NCBI GenBank assembly: GCA_964566135.1 | Contig: CAZMHM010000001.1 | Coordinates: 69,829-133,828 of the forward strand | Length of the DNA: 64,000 nt | From: an uncultured Candidatus Saccharibacteria bacterium | GTDB taxonomy: Bacteria > Patescibacteriota > Saccharimonadia > Saccharimonadales > CAIOMD01 | Direction of reading: 5' to 3' | Part shown: piece after piece, positions 1-8,184 of the stretch | Layout of the letters: each line of letters starts with the position of its first letter | Position numbering within the stretch: the first letter of the stretch is position 1 | Position numbers and translations under genes: made by a program | Notes under the pieces: generated by a model | What the model saw: only the letters and a program-made list of their open reading frames with translations | Told to the model about the DNA's origin: nothing | Database searches by the model: none

Positions 1-1
1 T

Positions 2-553
2 ATGACAGCCAATAGTACAAGAGAAGGAATGCCGACTAACCCCGAAGTAATTACTACCCGTGGCTACTTTGCTGGCGTCTTTTCTGCCTTAGCAAGCCAA
101 AATGTAGTTCATGGCCCACAAGAAAAAGAACCATACGTTGATATTCAAGAAATGCCTGCCGAGGCACTCGCCAAAATACAAGCTGGTGTCACGCTGGTTG
201 AGCCAACTTTATACAGCAAGCTTAGGGGCATTAAGCGTCGTATTACATGTAAGTGTGGTCACTATGAGGATTTTGAAGGCGCTGCATTGCAAGCAAAACC
301 ACTTGATGGATGGGTCGAATTACACGGTCGTGATACGATTACTATCTCATTACTGCAGCCAAGCTTCCGTGATATCGTCTGTGTTGAATATCGTTTGCAG
401 CATCCCGAAGATAGTGAGCCAACCTTGGCAATCGTTGTTACGCAGCCTGACCATCACCAGGGCGAATTCACCGCATTTAGCACACCACTGTTACCCGAGC
501 AAGAAGTGTCGATGCTCGAAACTATCGCATCAATTACGACATCACACTACTAG
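2..553 (+). CDS. hypothetical protein (may be 5'-truncated by window edge)
   Basis: Protein-like 183-aa ORF starting at window edge; overlapping frame 111..617 is Ser/Leu/His/Cys junk. No motif recognised. Confidence 0.4.
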   Translation: MTANSTREGMPTNPEVITTRGYFAGVFSALASQNVVHGPQEKEPYVDIQEMPAEALAKIQAGVTLVEPTLYSKLRGIKRRITCKCGHYEDFEGAALQAKPLDGWVELHGRDTITISLLQPSFRDIVCVEYRLQHPEDSEPTLAIVVTQPDHHQGEFTAFSTPLLPEQEVSMLETIASITTSHY

Positions 554-609
554 AAGGTTATGCTTGACCACTGTTTTAAAAGAGATGCAAATTTGGTACA
601 CTAAAAGCC

Positions 610-1275
610 ATGCATAAAAGTCGCATTAGCCACCCAGTCGTGGTGTATCTGTATGGCTTACCTGGTTCTGGTAAAAGCTTTGTATCACGCCAGCTCAGCG
701 AAACGCTTGGTATGGCACATGTCAGCTCAGACCGAATTCGCTACGAATTATTTGACGAACCACGTCATGATAAAACCGAACATCAGCTTGTTGCGAATCT
801 CATGAACTTTATGACCGAGCAGTTTTTAACTGCTGGTGTCAGTGTTGTATACGATATGTCAGTTAGCCGCCTTGCAGATAGGCGTGCACTCCGTGATATG
901 GCTCGACGCTTTAAGGCAAAGGAACTAATGGTTTGGATTCAAATTGACCCCGACACTGCCTTTAATCGTTCGCACGAACGCGATCGTCGCAAGATAGATG
1001 ACCATTACGCAAGCGCATTAGATCAAAGTACGTTTGAGTCATACATGCGCGCAATGCAGAACCCGCAGAACGAAGATTATCTCGTTATTAGTGGTAAGCA
1101 CTTATTTAATAGCCAAAAGACCGCAATTATTCGCCGCTTAAGTGACATGGGCGTTATTACCGCCGAATCACTAGAGCAAAAGATAGCCAAACCAGAAATG
1201 GTAAATTTGGTTTCCCGAGCTCAAGCTCAAGCCGGCAGAGTCGACTATTCTCGTCGCAATATTATTATCCGATAA
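610..1275 (+). CDS. P-loop kinase/ATPase (AAA_33-like)
   Basis: Walker A GLPGSGKSF near N-terminus followed by SSDRIR and a VVYD Walker-B-like strand; size and layout fit small P-loop kinases. Confidence 0.6.
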   Translation: MHKSRISHPVVVYLYGLPGSGKSFVSRQLSETLGMAHVSSDRIRYELFDEPRHDKTEHQLVANLMNFMTEQFLTAGVSVVYDMSVSRLADRRALRDMARRFKAKELMVWIQIDPDTAFNRSHERDRRKIDDHYASALDQSTFESYMRAMQNPQNEDYLVISGKHLFNSQKTAIIRRLSDMGVITAESLEQKIAKPEMVNLVSRAQAQAGRVDYSRRNIIIR

Positions 1276-1290
1276 GCATTGGAGCCACTA

Positions 1291-1992
1291 ATGGCTGCTA
1301 AAACCTACACAGTTGAAGGCATTGGTGAAGTAACCGTTTATAAGCGTCGTGGTACGCGCAAGATGAACTTACGACTAGTTGGTGGGCAGGTTCGTGTTAC
1401 TCAGCCTACCTGGTTGCCGTATGCCACAGGCCTACAATTTGCAAAAAGTAATACTAGTTGGATTGCCAGCCAGCGAGTAAAGCAGCCGAGCGCTGCTCTC
1501 GTTAGTGGTACTAAAATCGGCAAAACATTTACGATTGTATTTGAGTTTGCGCCCAAGTTACGCACACGAATAACCGATACCCACATCATCGTGTATGTTC
1601 CGTATGAAACACCCATTGCAGATGATGCAGTGCAGGCTAGCGCTAAAAACGCTATAAAGCGAGCTTTAAAAAAAGATGCTGAGGCAAAATTACCAGAACG
1701 ACTGGCGCATGTTGCCCAAAAGTATGGTTTTACGTACTCGTCAGTGCACTGTAAAAGTATGCGAACGCGATGGGGAAGTTGTAACAATAATAAAGAGATA
1801 ACCCTTAATATTTTTCTGATGATGGTGCCGTGGGAACTTATTGACTATGTGTTAGTGCACGAGCTGGCTCATACAAAGCACTTACATCATGGCCCAGATT
1901 TTTGGGGCGAAGTAGAATCGATTATGCCGGATTATAAAGAGCGACGTAAAGAGCTAAAGCAGATACAAGGTACGATTGCTCATTTGCAGTAG
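1291..1992 (+). CDS. YgjP/DUF45-like (M48-related) zinc metallohydrolase
   Basis: HELAHTKHLHH (HExxH) near C-terminus preceded by RWGSC, typical of the YgjP/SprT-like family. ATG at 1291 has GGAG 6 nt upstream; the track start 1279 is TTG. Confidence 0.6.
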   Translation: MAAKTYTVEGIGEVTVYKRRGTRKMNLRLVGGQVRVTQPTWLPYATGLQFAKSNTSWIASQRVKQPSAALVSGTKIGKTFTIVFEFAPKLRTRITDTHIIVYVPYETPIADDAVQASAKNAIKRALKKDAEAKLPERLAHVAQKYGFTYSSVHCKSMRTRWGSCNNNKEITLNIFLMMVPWELIDYVLVHELAHTKHLHHGPDFWGEVESIMPDYKERRKELKQIQGTIAHLQ

Positions 1993-1995
1993 CTG

Positions 1996-2613
1996 CTAAT
2001 ACGCTTTTAGGTCGCCAAGCTGATACAACACGTCATCAAGGTTAGAACAAAGCTTATCTGCGTACAAGTATACTGTTCTGTCATTACCAACATTGAGTGT
2101 TTTACGAAGTTCTAGACCGTTGCTTTTGGCAAGTTCTGGTATTTGCTTTTCAATAATGCGTACGCCACGTTGGCACGCATCAAGCTCAGGTATTGAACCT
2201 TGCAGGTCTTCTATTGTTACAGCTTCATATAAGGGAGCTGCTGCCTTTAAAAACACAAAATCATTGCTGACGCTTAAATCGAAGTTACCAGCGTTACCAG
2301 ATAAGCTTGGCAAGTACCCATAGGTTAATCGACGATCTTCATCTTTAGCAGGTAACATGAGCTTTTCTTGTGCAAAAAAGAACTCACCAGTGCGCGCGTC
2401 AACAGGTACTGGAATTTTAGACATCTTGGCAGTTATAAGCGCCATCTGTCGTGTTTTATCTAACTGCACTTGTTGCTCGGTAGTATTTACTTTGCTTGTC
2501 AGCCAGCCAGCCCAAATAACTATCCCAAAAATGAAACAGAGCGCTATAAGGCTAGTGATAATTAATAACCGTTTGTTTTTTGTGATTACTTGGTTTGTTT
2601 TGCTGTTTGCCAT
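1996..2613 (-). CDS. hypothetical N-terminally membrane-anchored protein
   Basis: One N-terminal hydrophobic helix (LLIITSLIALCFIFGIVIWAGWL) then a soluble domain; no motif recognised. Confidence 0.45.
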   Translation of the reverse strand: MANSKTNQVITKNKRLLIITSLIALCFIFGIVIWAGWLTSKVNTTEQQVQLDKTRQMALITAKMSKIPVPVDARTGEFFFAQEKLMLPAKDEDRRLTYGYLPSLSGNAGNFDLSVSNDFVFLKAAAPLYEAVTIEDLQGSIPELDACQRGVRIIEKQIPELAKSNGLELRKTLNVGNDRTVYLYADKLCSNLDDVLYQLGDLKAY

Positions 2614-2700
2614 CTACCAGTAATTGTACGACAACGCGTACATATACCAAATTCAGATGGGTACTACTCAGGCCACAACAAACTATATATAATACTGCTA

Positions 2701-3816
2701 ATGGCTAACGAAATAAAAAAGCAAACTGGCCCAAGCGATCACATTGCGGCGCTCGAGCATGAACGCCTAACGTCCCTTATTAACAGCATGGCTGATGGTG
2801 TAATTGCCGTCGACGAGCATCAATCTGTTGCTGTCTATAATGGTGCAGCCTTAAATATCCTTGATGTTAACAGCGAGCTAAAAGGCAAGCGGTTGCGAGC
2901 GATATTAAAGTTGCAAGATAAGAACAATCAGCTTATTGATACCGAAGAACTCGTTCGTAAAACAACCACTCAGTTCACGACGCGTGACTTAACATTGCAA
3001 TATCCAAACGGTGAATCAATTAACTTATATCTAAGTGTGGCGCCGGTGCACCTAGGCTTTGGGGTTGAGGGTGCGAGGGGGCATGTTATTTTGCTGCGTG
3101 ATATAACTCACGAAAAAAGCCTCGAAGAAGAACGGGATGAATTTATTAGTGTCGTCAGCCATGAACTACGCACGCCGATTGCGATTGCCGAAGGAAATAT
3201 CGGTAACGCGCAATTCGTCGTTGAAAAAGCAGATAACATCCCAGAGGCCGTAATTAAATCGCTCAAGGCAGCGCACGACCAGACAATATTCTTAAGTGGC
3301 ATGATTAACGACCTTGCAACACTTTCACGTGCCGAACGCGGCAAGCTGAATGTCGAAATTGAATCAATTAACGCTCATGAGCTTTTGCTAGATCTAGAGC
3401 AAAATTACAAACCATCTGCCGAAGATAAAGGCCTCAAACTTGTAGCAAAAGCAGACCCAAGTCTTGAGCTTTTACAATCAAGTAAATTATACGTACGTGA
3501 AATTCTACAGAACTTTATAACTAATGCCATTAAATACACCGAAACTGGTAAAGTGACCGTTGCCGCTCACAGCAAAAAAGACGGCGTATTGTTTACGGTT
3601 ACAGATACTGGTATTGGAATTAGTAAAGCAGACAAAGAAAAAGTCTTTGATAAGTTCTTTAGAAGCGAAGATTACCGTACACGCCAAAGTAGCGGCACAG
3701 GCCTAGGGTTATATGTAACGATGAAGCTTGCAAGGTTGATACACGCAGACATAGATCTTGAAAGCGAAATCAACAAAGGCTCAACGTTCTCAATTTTTAT
3801 TCCGAACTTAAAGTAA
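2701..3816 (+). CDS. sensor histidine kinase (PAS-HisKA-HATPase), cytoplasmic, no adjacent response regulator
   Basis: H-box SHELRTPIAIAEG, N-box NFITNAIKYT, G-boxes DTGIGI and GTGLGLYV. First ATG is at 2701; the track start 2590 is TTG and overlaps the upstream minus-strand gene. Confidence 0.8.
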   Translation: MANEIKKQTGPSDHIAALEHERLTSLINSMADGVIAVDEHQSVAVYNGAALNILDVNSELKGKRLRAILKLQDKNNQLIDTEELVRKTTTQFTTRDLTLQYPNGESINLYLSVAPVHLGFGVEGARGHVILLRDITHEKSLEEERDEFISVVSHELRTPIAIAEGNIGNAQFVVEKADNIPEAVIKSLKAAHDQTIFLSGMINDLATLSRAERGKLNVEIESINAHELLLDLEQNYKPSAEDKGLKLVAKADPSLELLQSSKLYVREILQNFITNAIKYTETGKVTVAAHSKKDGVLFTVTDTGIGISKADKEKVFDKFFRSEDYRTRQSSGTGLGLYVTMKLARLIHADIDLESEINKGSTFSIFIPNLK

Positions 3817-5412
3817 TTATTCGATCTCTGGTAAGTGAGGGTATACGTGCATTGCGGGTGTCGTAACGTTTCGACCCTTCCAAATGACTTCGCCGAACTC
3901 GTAGCGGTACATAGAAATATGCAGTGCTACAAAATCAATCAACACAACGATAGGGAAGTTCACTGGTGCTAACCAGGCTGCTACCGGGTTAGTTACAAGA
4001 GCAACAGCTAAATTTGAACCAACGAGCATCACGATGCTTAGCGCTGTCATTACGATGACAGCAACCGAGCCGTCAGCTGCCAGTATTAGGGGCAGCAAGA
4101 TAAATGGCGTAACCAAAAAGTAGAGCATAATTAGCACCCGCAGTGCGGCGAATTCTGGGCGACGATGGGCTTCTGGGTACCGCGTTCGGACAGCAGTAAG
4201 CCACTGGCTTCTAAAGTCTTTATGCGTTGTGATGTTTAAATCATCATTAGTACGAACAAAAGCATATGCCTGTTCTTTGCCAAAACGGGTGCTCAGGATT
4301 TCTTCTGGGACTATAGCTCGAGTTACGGCCTTAAAACCTCCCGCATCGAGCAATGCTTGCCGGCTTGCAACCCAGCTTGTACTGAGTACCGGCTCGTGTT
4401 TTATAACCCACTTTGGCAGCGCTAGCTCCCACCAATAGCGCATAGGTTGGATGAAGGCCGCTAAGATACCGCTGTGAGTGCGTTTAGGTAATACACTAAG
4501 CATCGTTACGTTTTTTGCCGTAAAGACCTCTACGAGCTTGCGTAGTGAGGTCTGATGCAGGCGGACATCAACACCCATGTACACGATTACCTCGCCAGAG
4601 GCTTCCTCTAGGAGTGTTTGATAGGCTGCATTTTTTGCTAACCAGGTTTTGTTGGGCTCTATACCTTGCACGAACCTAACGCCGTCATGCGCGAAGCTTT
4701 TGATGATATCTGCAGTATGGTCTTGCGAGCAATCATCAAGCACAATAATTTCTAGTTTTGGATAATCGCTTGCAAGCGCAGATTCTAGGCATTGCCGCAA
4801 CACGTCGTTTTCATTACGTGCAGCGATTGCAAGTGTTACCGTTGGCAACTCTTTATCACTTAATGGTTTGCCGCTAGTGACCCTGGTTTTAAGAATAGAT
4901 CTGACAGACGTCGCAAATATATAAGCGCTTGCAATCAATAAGCTTGCGCCTATCAACAGAAATGCCACATTACTTGAGATAATGCCCGGATATACACGAA
5001 CTACGTACCACGCGGCAATTGTTAGAGACTGCGTTCCACCAAGCCAAGCAAAACTTCGTACCGTTACACGACGCAAATACTGTTCGTGCATACGATTTTC
5101 AATTAAACGCAACAGGTTAATAGCTCGATATACCATCAGTAGCGCTAGTAGCACCGTACCGGCACTAAATGCTTCCGCCAAAAAGATTCCGACACTAAAG
5201 CCAGAAATTATCAGACTAAATCCGGCTAAAAACTTTTTTGCTCGCCAGCCGACTTTTGTTACATGAATTAATGTTTCTGCGATAAGTCCTAACGCAAAAC
5301 ATATGGCCGCTACCCCAAGAGTATTTATTTCCATTATTACTGTAAGTTTATCATAAGCGATATCTAACGCAGTTATACTGCCTATGCTTGCAGCTCGGCT
5401 GATTACTGCCAT
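3817..5412 (-). CDS. membrane-embedded family-2 glycosyltransferase
   Basis: TVTLAIAARNE...IIVLDDCSQD GT2 signature flanked by multiple TM helices on both sides. Start uncertain (GTG 5439, ATG 5412 or ATG 5334). Confidence 0.65.
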   Translation of the reverse strand: MAVISRAASIGSITALDIAYDKLTVIMEINTLGVAAICFALGLIAETLIHVTKVGWRAKKFLAGFSLIISGFSVGIFLAEAFSAGTVLLALLMVYRAINLLRLIENRMHEQYLRRVTVRSFAWLGGTQSLTIAAWYVVRVYPGIISSNVAFLLIGASLLIASAYIFATSVRSILKTRVTSGKPLSDKELPTVTLAIAARNENDVLRQCLESALASDYPKLEIIVLDDCSQDHTADIIKSFAHDGVRFVQGIEPNKTWLAKNAAYQTLLEEASGEVIVYMGVDVRLHQTSLRKLVEVFTAKNVTMLSVLPKRTHSGILAAFIQPMRYWWELALPKWVIKHEPVLSTSWVASRQALLDAGGFKAVTRAIVPEEILSTRFGKEQAYAFVRTNDDLNITTHKDFRSQWLTAVRTRYPEAHRRPEFAALRVLIMLYFLVTPFILLPLILAADGSVAVIVMTALSIVMLVGSNLAVALVTNPVAAWLAPVNFPIVVLIDFVALHISMYRYEFGEVIWKGRNVTTPAMHVYPHLPEIE

Positions 5413-5423
5413 AATACCTGTCA

Positions 5424-6425
5424 ATGAGTGACATACCACATGACGGCACAGCGCGGCGGTTTGAAGTTATACTGCCACCCGAGCATACAACCTTGCAAAG
5501 GCTTGCGTTTATGTCTATGGTTAATGCCTTTGGCTGGAATTCAAAAGAGACAACACCAGATACGACGATTGTTGACAGTAAGGCTCTCCTAGCTGTGTCC
5601 GAGCAGCTTTTTGGCAACGAGTCGGCAGGCAAGTTAGCCAACGATGTTCTAGATTGTTACACAAGCGCCGCAACAGGAAGCGTCTATAGCACAACTGGTG
5701 CCTCTGGTCCGTTTAGGTCTGAAGATCCATATCGAATTGTTTTTAATCATGGTAACTATGTGTCTTTACGGGGGTTTGGTCTAAAGAACTACCCGAATAC
5801 GTTCACCCTTCCACAAGAACTCCATGATGCACTCGCAAAAGGAGGCGGTGGGTATCCCGCAGTATATATGCCGCTTGATTTTGCAATCCATAGCGTGCAA
5901 GCCACTGGGTTTGACTATTATGGGTACAAAACCATGAGGATTTCTCCTTTAAAACCCACAAAAGACCGCGTTAAAGGTTATGTTGACTTTAGAATGCAGC
6001 AGGACAAGACACCACCAAGAGGAGCTGTCGCAAAGATGATGCAGGCTTTAGCAACTGCAGCCGGTACGAGCGTTTCAGTTGCGGACGAAGATCCAAAGAC
6101 TGTTTTCATGCCTGTAGAAACCTTGCTCGAACTTGGTCAGCAAGCGGGGCTCTCAGCGGCAATGCTAAAAAAGCTAAGTAGCAACATCCATACGGTATTA
6201 GTGCGAGATGCACTGGGCGAAGAGTCAGCATATAGTGCATATGGTTTGGCAAATAACGAGATTGTATTTGGCGGTGAAACGAGGATTGGCAAAGTCGACA
6301 CTATTTCGGTAGATTCTATACCTAAGTTAGTAAAAACCTATGGTGGCGAGACTCCCTCTATCGATTTTCTGAAATCATTTGAAGATATTGCCTCAACTGT
6401 TGATATAAATGAACCCCAAAATTGA
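5424..6425 (+). CDS. hypothetical protein
   Basis: Long protein-like ORF of 333 aa; no motif recognised. Confidence 0.45.
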   Translation: MSDIPHDGTARRFEVILPPEHTTLQRLAFMSMVNAFGWNSKETTPDTTIVDSKALLAVSEQLFGNESAGKLANDVLDCYTSAATGSVYSTTGASGPFRSEDPYRIVFNHGNYVSLRGFGLKNYPNTFTLPQELHDALAKGGGGYPAVYMPLDFAIHSVQATGFDYYGYKTMRISPLKPTKDRVKGYVDFRMQQDKTPPRGAVAKMMQALATAAGTSVSVADEDPKTVFMPVETLLELGQQAGLSAAMLKKLSSNIHTVLVRDALGEESAYSAYGLANNEIVFGGETRIGKVDTISVDSIPKLVKTYGGETPSIDFLKSFEDIASTVDINEPQN

Positions 6426-6477
6426 CAGCAATCATCTTGTAAACCTCCTGTAATAATGCTAGTATTGACGTTGACGA

Positions 6478-6505
6478 CCTAAAGACTTTATCTTTAGGCT
6501 TTTTT
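6478..6505 (+). terminator. intrinsic terminator downstream of 5424..6425
   Basis: CCTAAAG-actttat-CTTTAGG stem followed by CTTTTTT. Confidence 0.5.
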
Positions 6506-6518
6506 AATTGGAGAAACT

Positions 6519-6926
6519 ATGGCAGAGGACAAGGCAGAAAAAAAGAAGCCTCGTATTCGCAAAGCACCCGAAACGGTACGCGAACGAGCCGACAAGCAAA
6601 CAGCCAAAAACAACGCCCCAAAAGGTAAGCTTAAGGGCAAGATTCATCGCCCATTGAGTATTTTGCGCAAAGCAGGAGCAAAAGAGTTTCACCCGGTTAA
6701 GGCGCCAGAAAAGAAGGGCGTACGCCACTTAAACAAGCGTGTCCGCTTTGTACCTAAGTTTGTGCGCGAAGCATGGGCGGAACTTAAACTTGTAACATGG
6801 CCAACAAAAAAAGAAGCTGCACGCCTGACGTTTGCGGTTATCGTTTTTGCCGTGTTCTTTAGCCTATTCATCCAGCTACTCGATGTAGTATTCAACAAGA
6901 TAGTTAAGGAGATTTTCTTAAAATGA
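6519..6926 (+). CDS. secE: preprotein translocase subunit SecE (long basic N-terminal extension)
   Basis: C-terminal ELKLVTWPTKKEA plus a single TM helix; sits immediately upstream of and overlaps nusG (ATGA); GGAGAA RBS. Confidence 0.85.
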   Translation: MAEDKAEKKKPRIRKAPETVRERADKQTAKNNAPKGKLKGKIHRPLSILRKAGAKEFHPVKAPEKKGVRHLNKRVRFVPKFVREAWAELKLVTWPTKKEAARLTFAVIVFAVFFSLFIQLLDVVFNKIVKEIFLK

Positions 6927-7468
6927 GCAGCAAACGCTACGACTCAAGCAAACAATGGTATGCAATTCATACCTATAGCGGTTACGAAGAAAAGGTAGCC
7001 GAAAGTATTCGCCAGCGCGCCGAAAGTTTGGACATGGCCGATAAGATCTTTAACGTACTTGTACCTAAAGAAAAGCAGATCGAAATTAAGAACGGTAAGC
7101 GTAAAGTTGTAGAAAAACGTATTTTCCAAGGCTACGTTCTTGTACAAATGAAATTGTCCGAAGATGCCTGGTACATCGTACGAAACACGCCAAACGTTAC
7201 TGGCTTCGTTGGCAGTGGCACCGAGCCAACGCCAATTAGTAACGATGAAATGGAAAAGATTAACAAGCGTATGGGCGTTGACCAGCCTAAGCACAAAATC
7301 GACTACAAAGTTGGTGAAGTGGTTAGTATTGTTGATGGGCCTTTTAAAGGCTTTGATGGTTCAATTAACGAAATTGACACCCAAAAGGGCAAGATTAAAG
7401 TTTTGGTTAACATGTTTGGTCGCGAAACACCTGTAGAGCTTGATAGCCTTCAAGTTAAGCGCGTGTAA
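6923..7468 (+). CDS. nusG: transcription termination/antitermination factor NusG
   Basis: WYAIHTYSGYEEKV NGN motif and KOW motif GEVVSIVDGPFKGFDGSI. Confidence 0.95.
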   Translation: MSSKRYDSSKQWYAIHTYSGYEEKVAESIRQRAESLDMADKIFNVLVPKEKQIEIKNGKRKVVEKRIFQGYVLVQMKLSEDAWYIVRNTPNVTGFVGSGTEPTPISNDEMEKINKRMGVDQPKHKIDYKVGEVVSIVDGPFKGFDGSINEIDTQKGKIKVLVNMFGRETPVELDSLQVKRV

Positions 7469-7470
7469 GT

Positions 7471-7659
7471 ATGGACGGCACCATTGCAAATCCGTATGAG
7501 CAAGCCGTACGTGCAGCAGAAGCACGGCGCTTGCGGGATGCAGGAACGCTACGTGTAGCATCACTTGCAACGCTCGAAGCATTCGCTCGTATGGATGCAA
7601 TTGTTCCTCCGTTATCGGTAGTTACAGAGAACACTGAATGTGACCCGACAGATAGCTAA
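7471..7659 (+). CDS. small hypothetical protein directly following nusG
   Basis: 62-codon ORF starting 2 nt after the nusG stop; Ala/Arg-rich and helical; no motif recognised. Confidence 0.35.
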   Translation: MDGTIANPYEQAVRAAEARRLRDAGTLRVASLATLEAFARMDAIVPPLSVVTENTECDPTDS

Positions 7660-7694
7660 TATCTAGATAATGTGGTGGGCAGAAGCAGCAAAAA

Positions 7695-8063
7695 ATGACT
7701 TCACGAGAAGAATTTCTAGCAGAACACCATCGAATTATCTCGACTTATCCTGAGTTTACGACCGGGCTTGACGAGTTCCTAAATCATCCTGTCAAGACGA
7801 AAAAGCACCGCTCCAAACTGGAATCAGCGGCTTCTGCGTTAAGCCCGCATCAACTTCACTTTGTATTATCAAAGCTAGTTGAGGTCAATGACCATGTACG
7901 TGGTCATACACTAGTTGCTGCGGCACTCGTTGCGAGCGACAGAAAAGTATCAGGTACCATAGCAGAAGTATTTCATGCTCGACGCTCAGCGGCACACTAT
8001 CAAATTGTAGGTCAAGAAGCTTTGTTTGGTTTTGCTACCGCTGAAGACCCAGAAGCGCCATAA
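7695..8063 (+). CDS. hypothetical protein
   Basis: 122-aa protein-like ORF between nusG and the high-GC cassette; no motif recognised. Confidence 0.4.
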   Translation: MTSREEFLAEHHRIISTYPEFTTGLDEFLNHPVKTKKHRSKLESAASALSPHQLHFVLSKLVEVNDHVRGHTLVAAALVASDRKVSGTIAEVFHARRSAAHYQIVGQEALFGFATAEDPEAP

Positions 8064-8081
8064 GTAATACATTTTTGGCAT

Positions 8082-8103
8082 AAAAAAATCGCCGTATTGG
8101 CGA
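8082..8103 (-). terminator. AT-rich intrinsic terminator (minus strand) just outside the left inverted repeat
   Basis: On the minus strand: TCGCC-aatac-GGCGA followed by TTTTTTT. Confidence 0.5.
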
Positions 8104-8111
8104 GTTGTAAC

Positions 8112-8129
8112 GACATATTGGATTGTTAC
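8112..8129. repeat. left arm of perfect 18-bp inverted repeat (GACATATTGGATTGTTAC)
   Basis: Exact reverse complement of 9748..9765; sits at the boundary where GC content jumps. Confidence 0.9.
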
Positions 8130-8138
8130 GATCCCGAA

Positions 8139-8170
8139 GGGGGAGGCCGTCATCGCTGACAGCCTCCCCC
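8139..8170 (-). terminator. GC-rich terminator-like hairpin immediately downstream of the cassette gene
   Basis: GGGGGAGGC (8139-8147) pairs with GCCTCCCCC (8162-8170), starting 15 nt after the stop codon. No U-tract, which is the style of high-GC organisms. Confidence 0.5.
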
Positions 8171-8184
8171 TTGTGGGTTCTGGT

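Noticed and set aside
111-617. 168-aa ORF overlapping 2..553 in another frame
   Set aside because: Its Ser/Leu/His/Cys-rich junk composition contrasts with the protein-like alternative frame.
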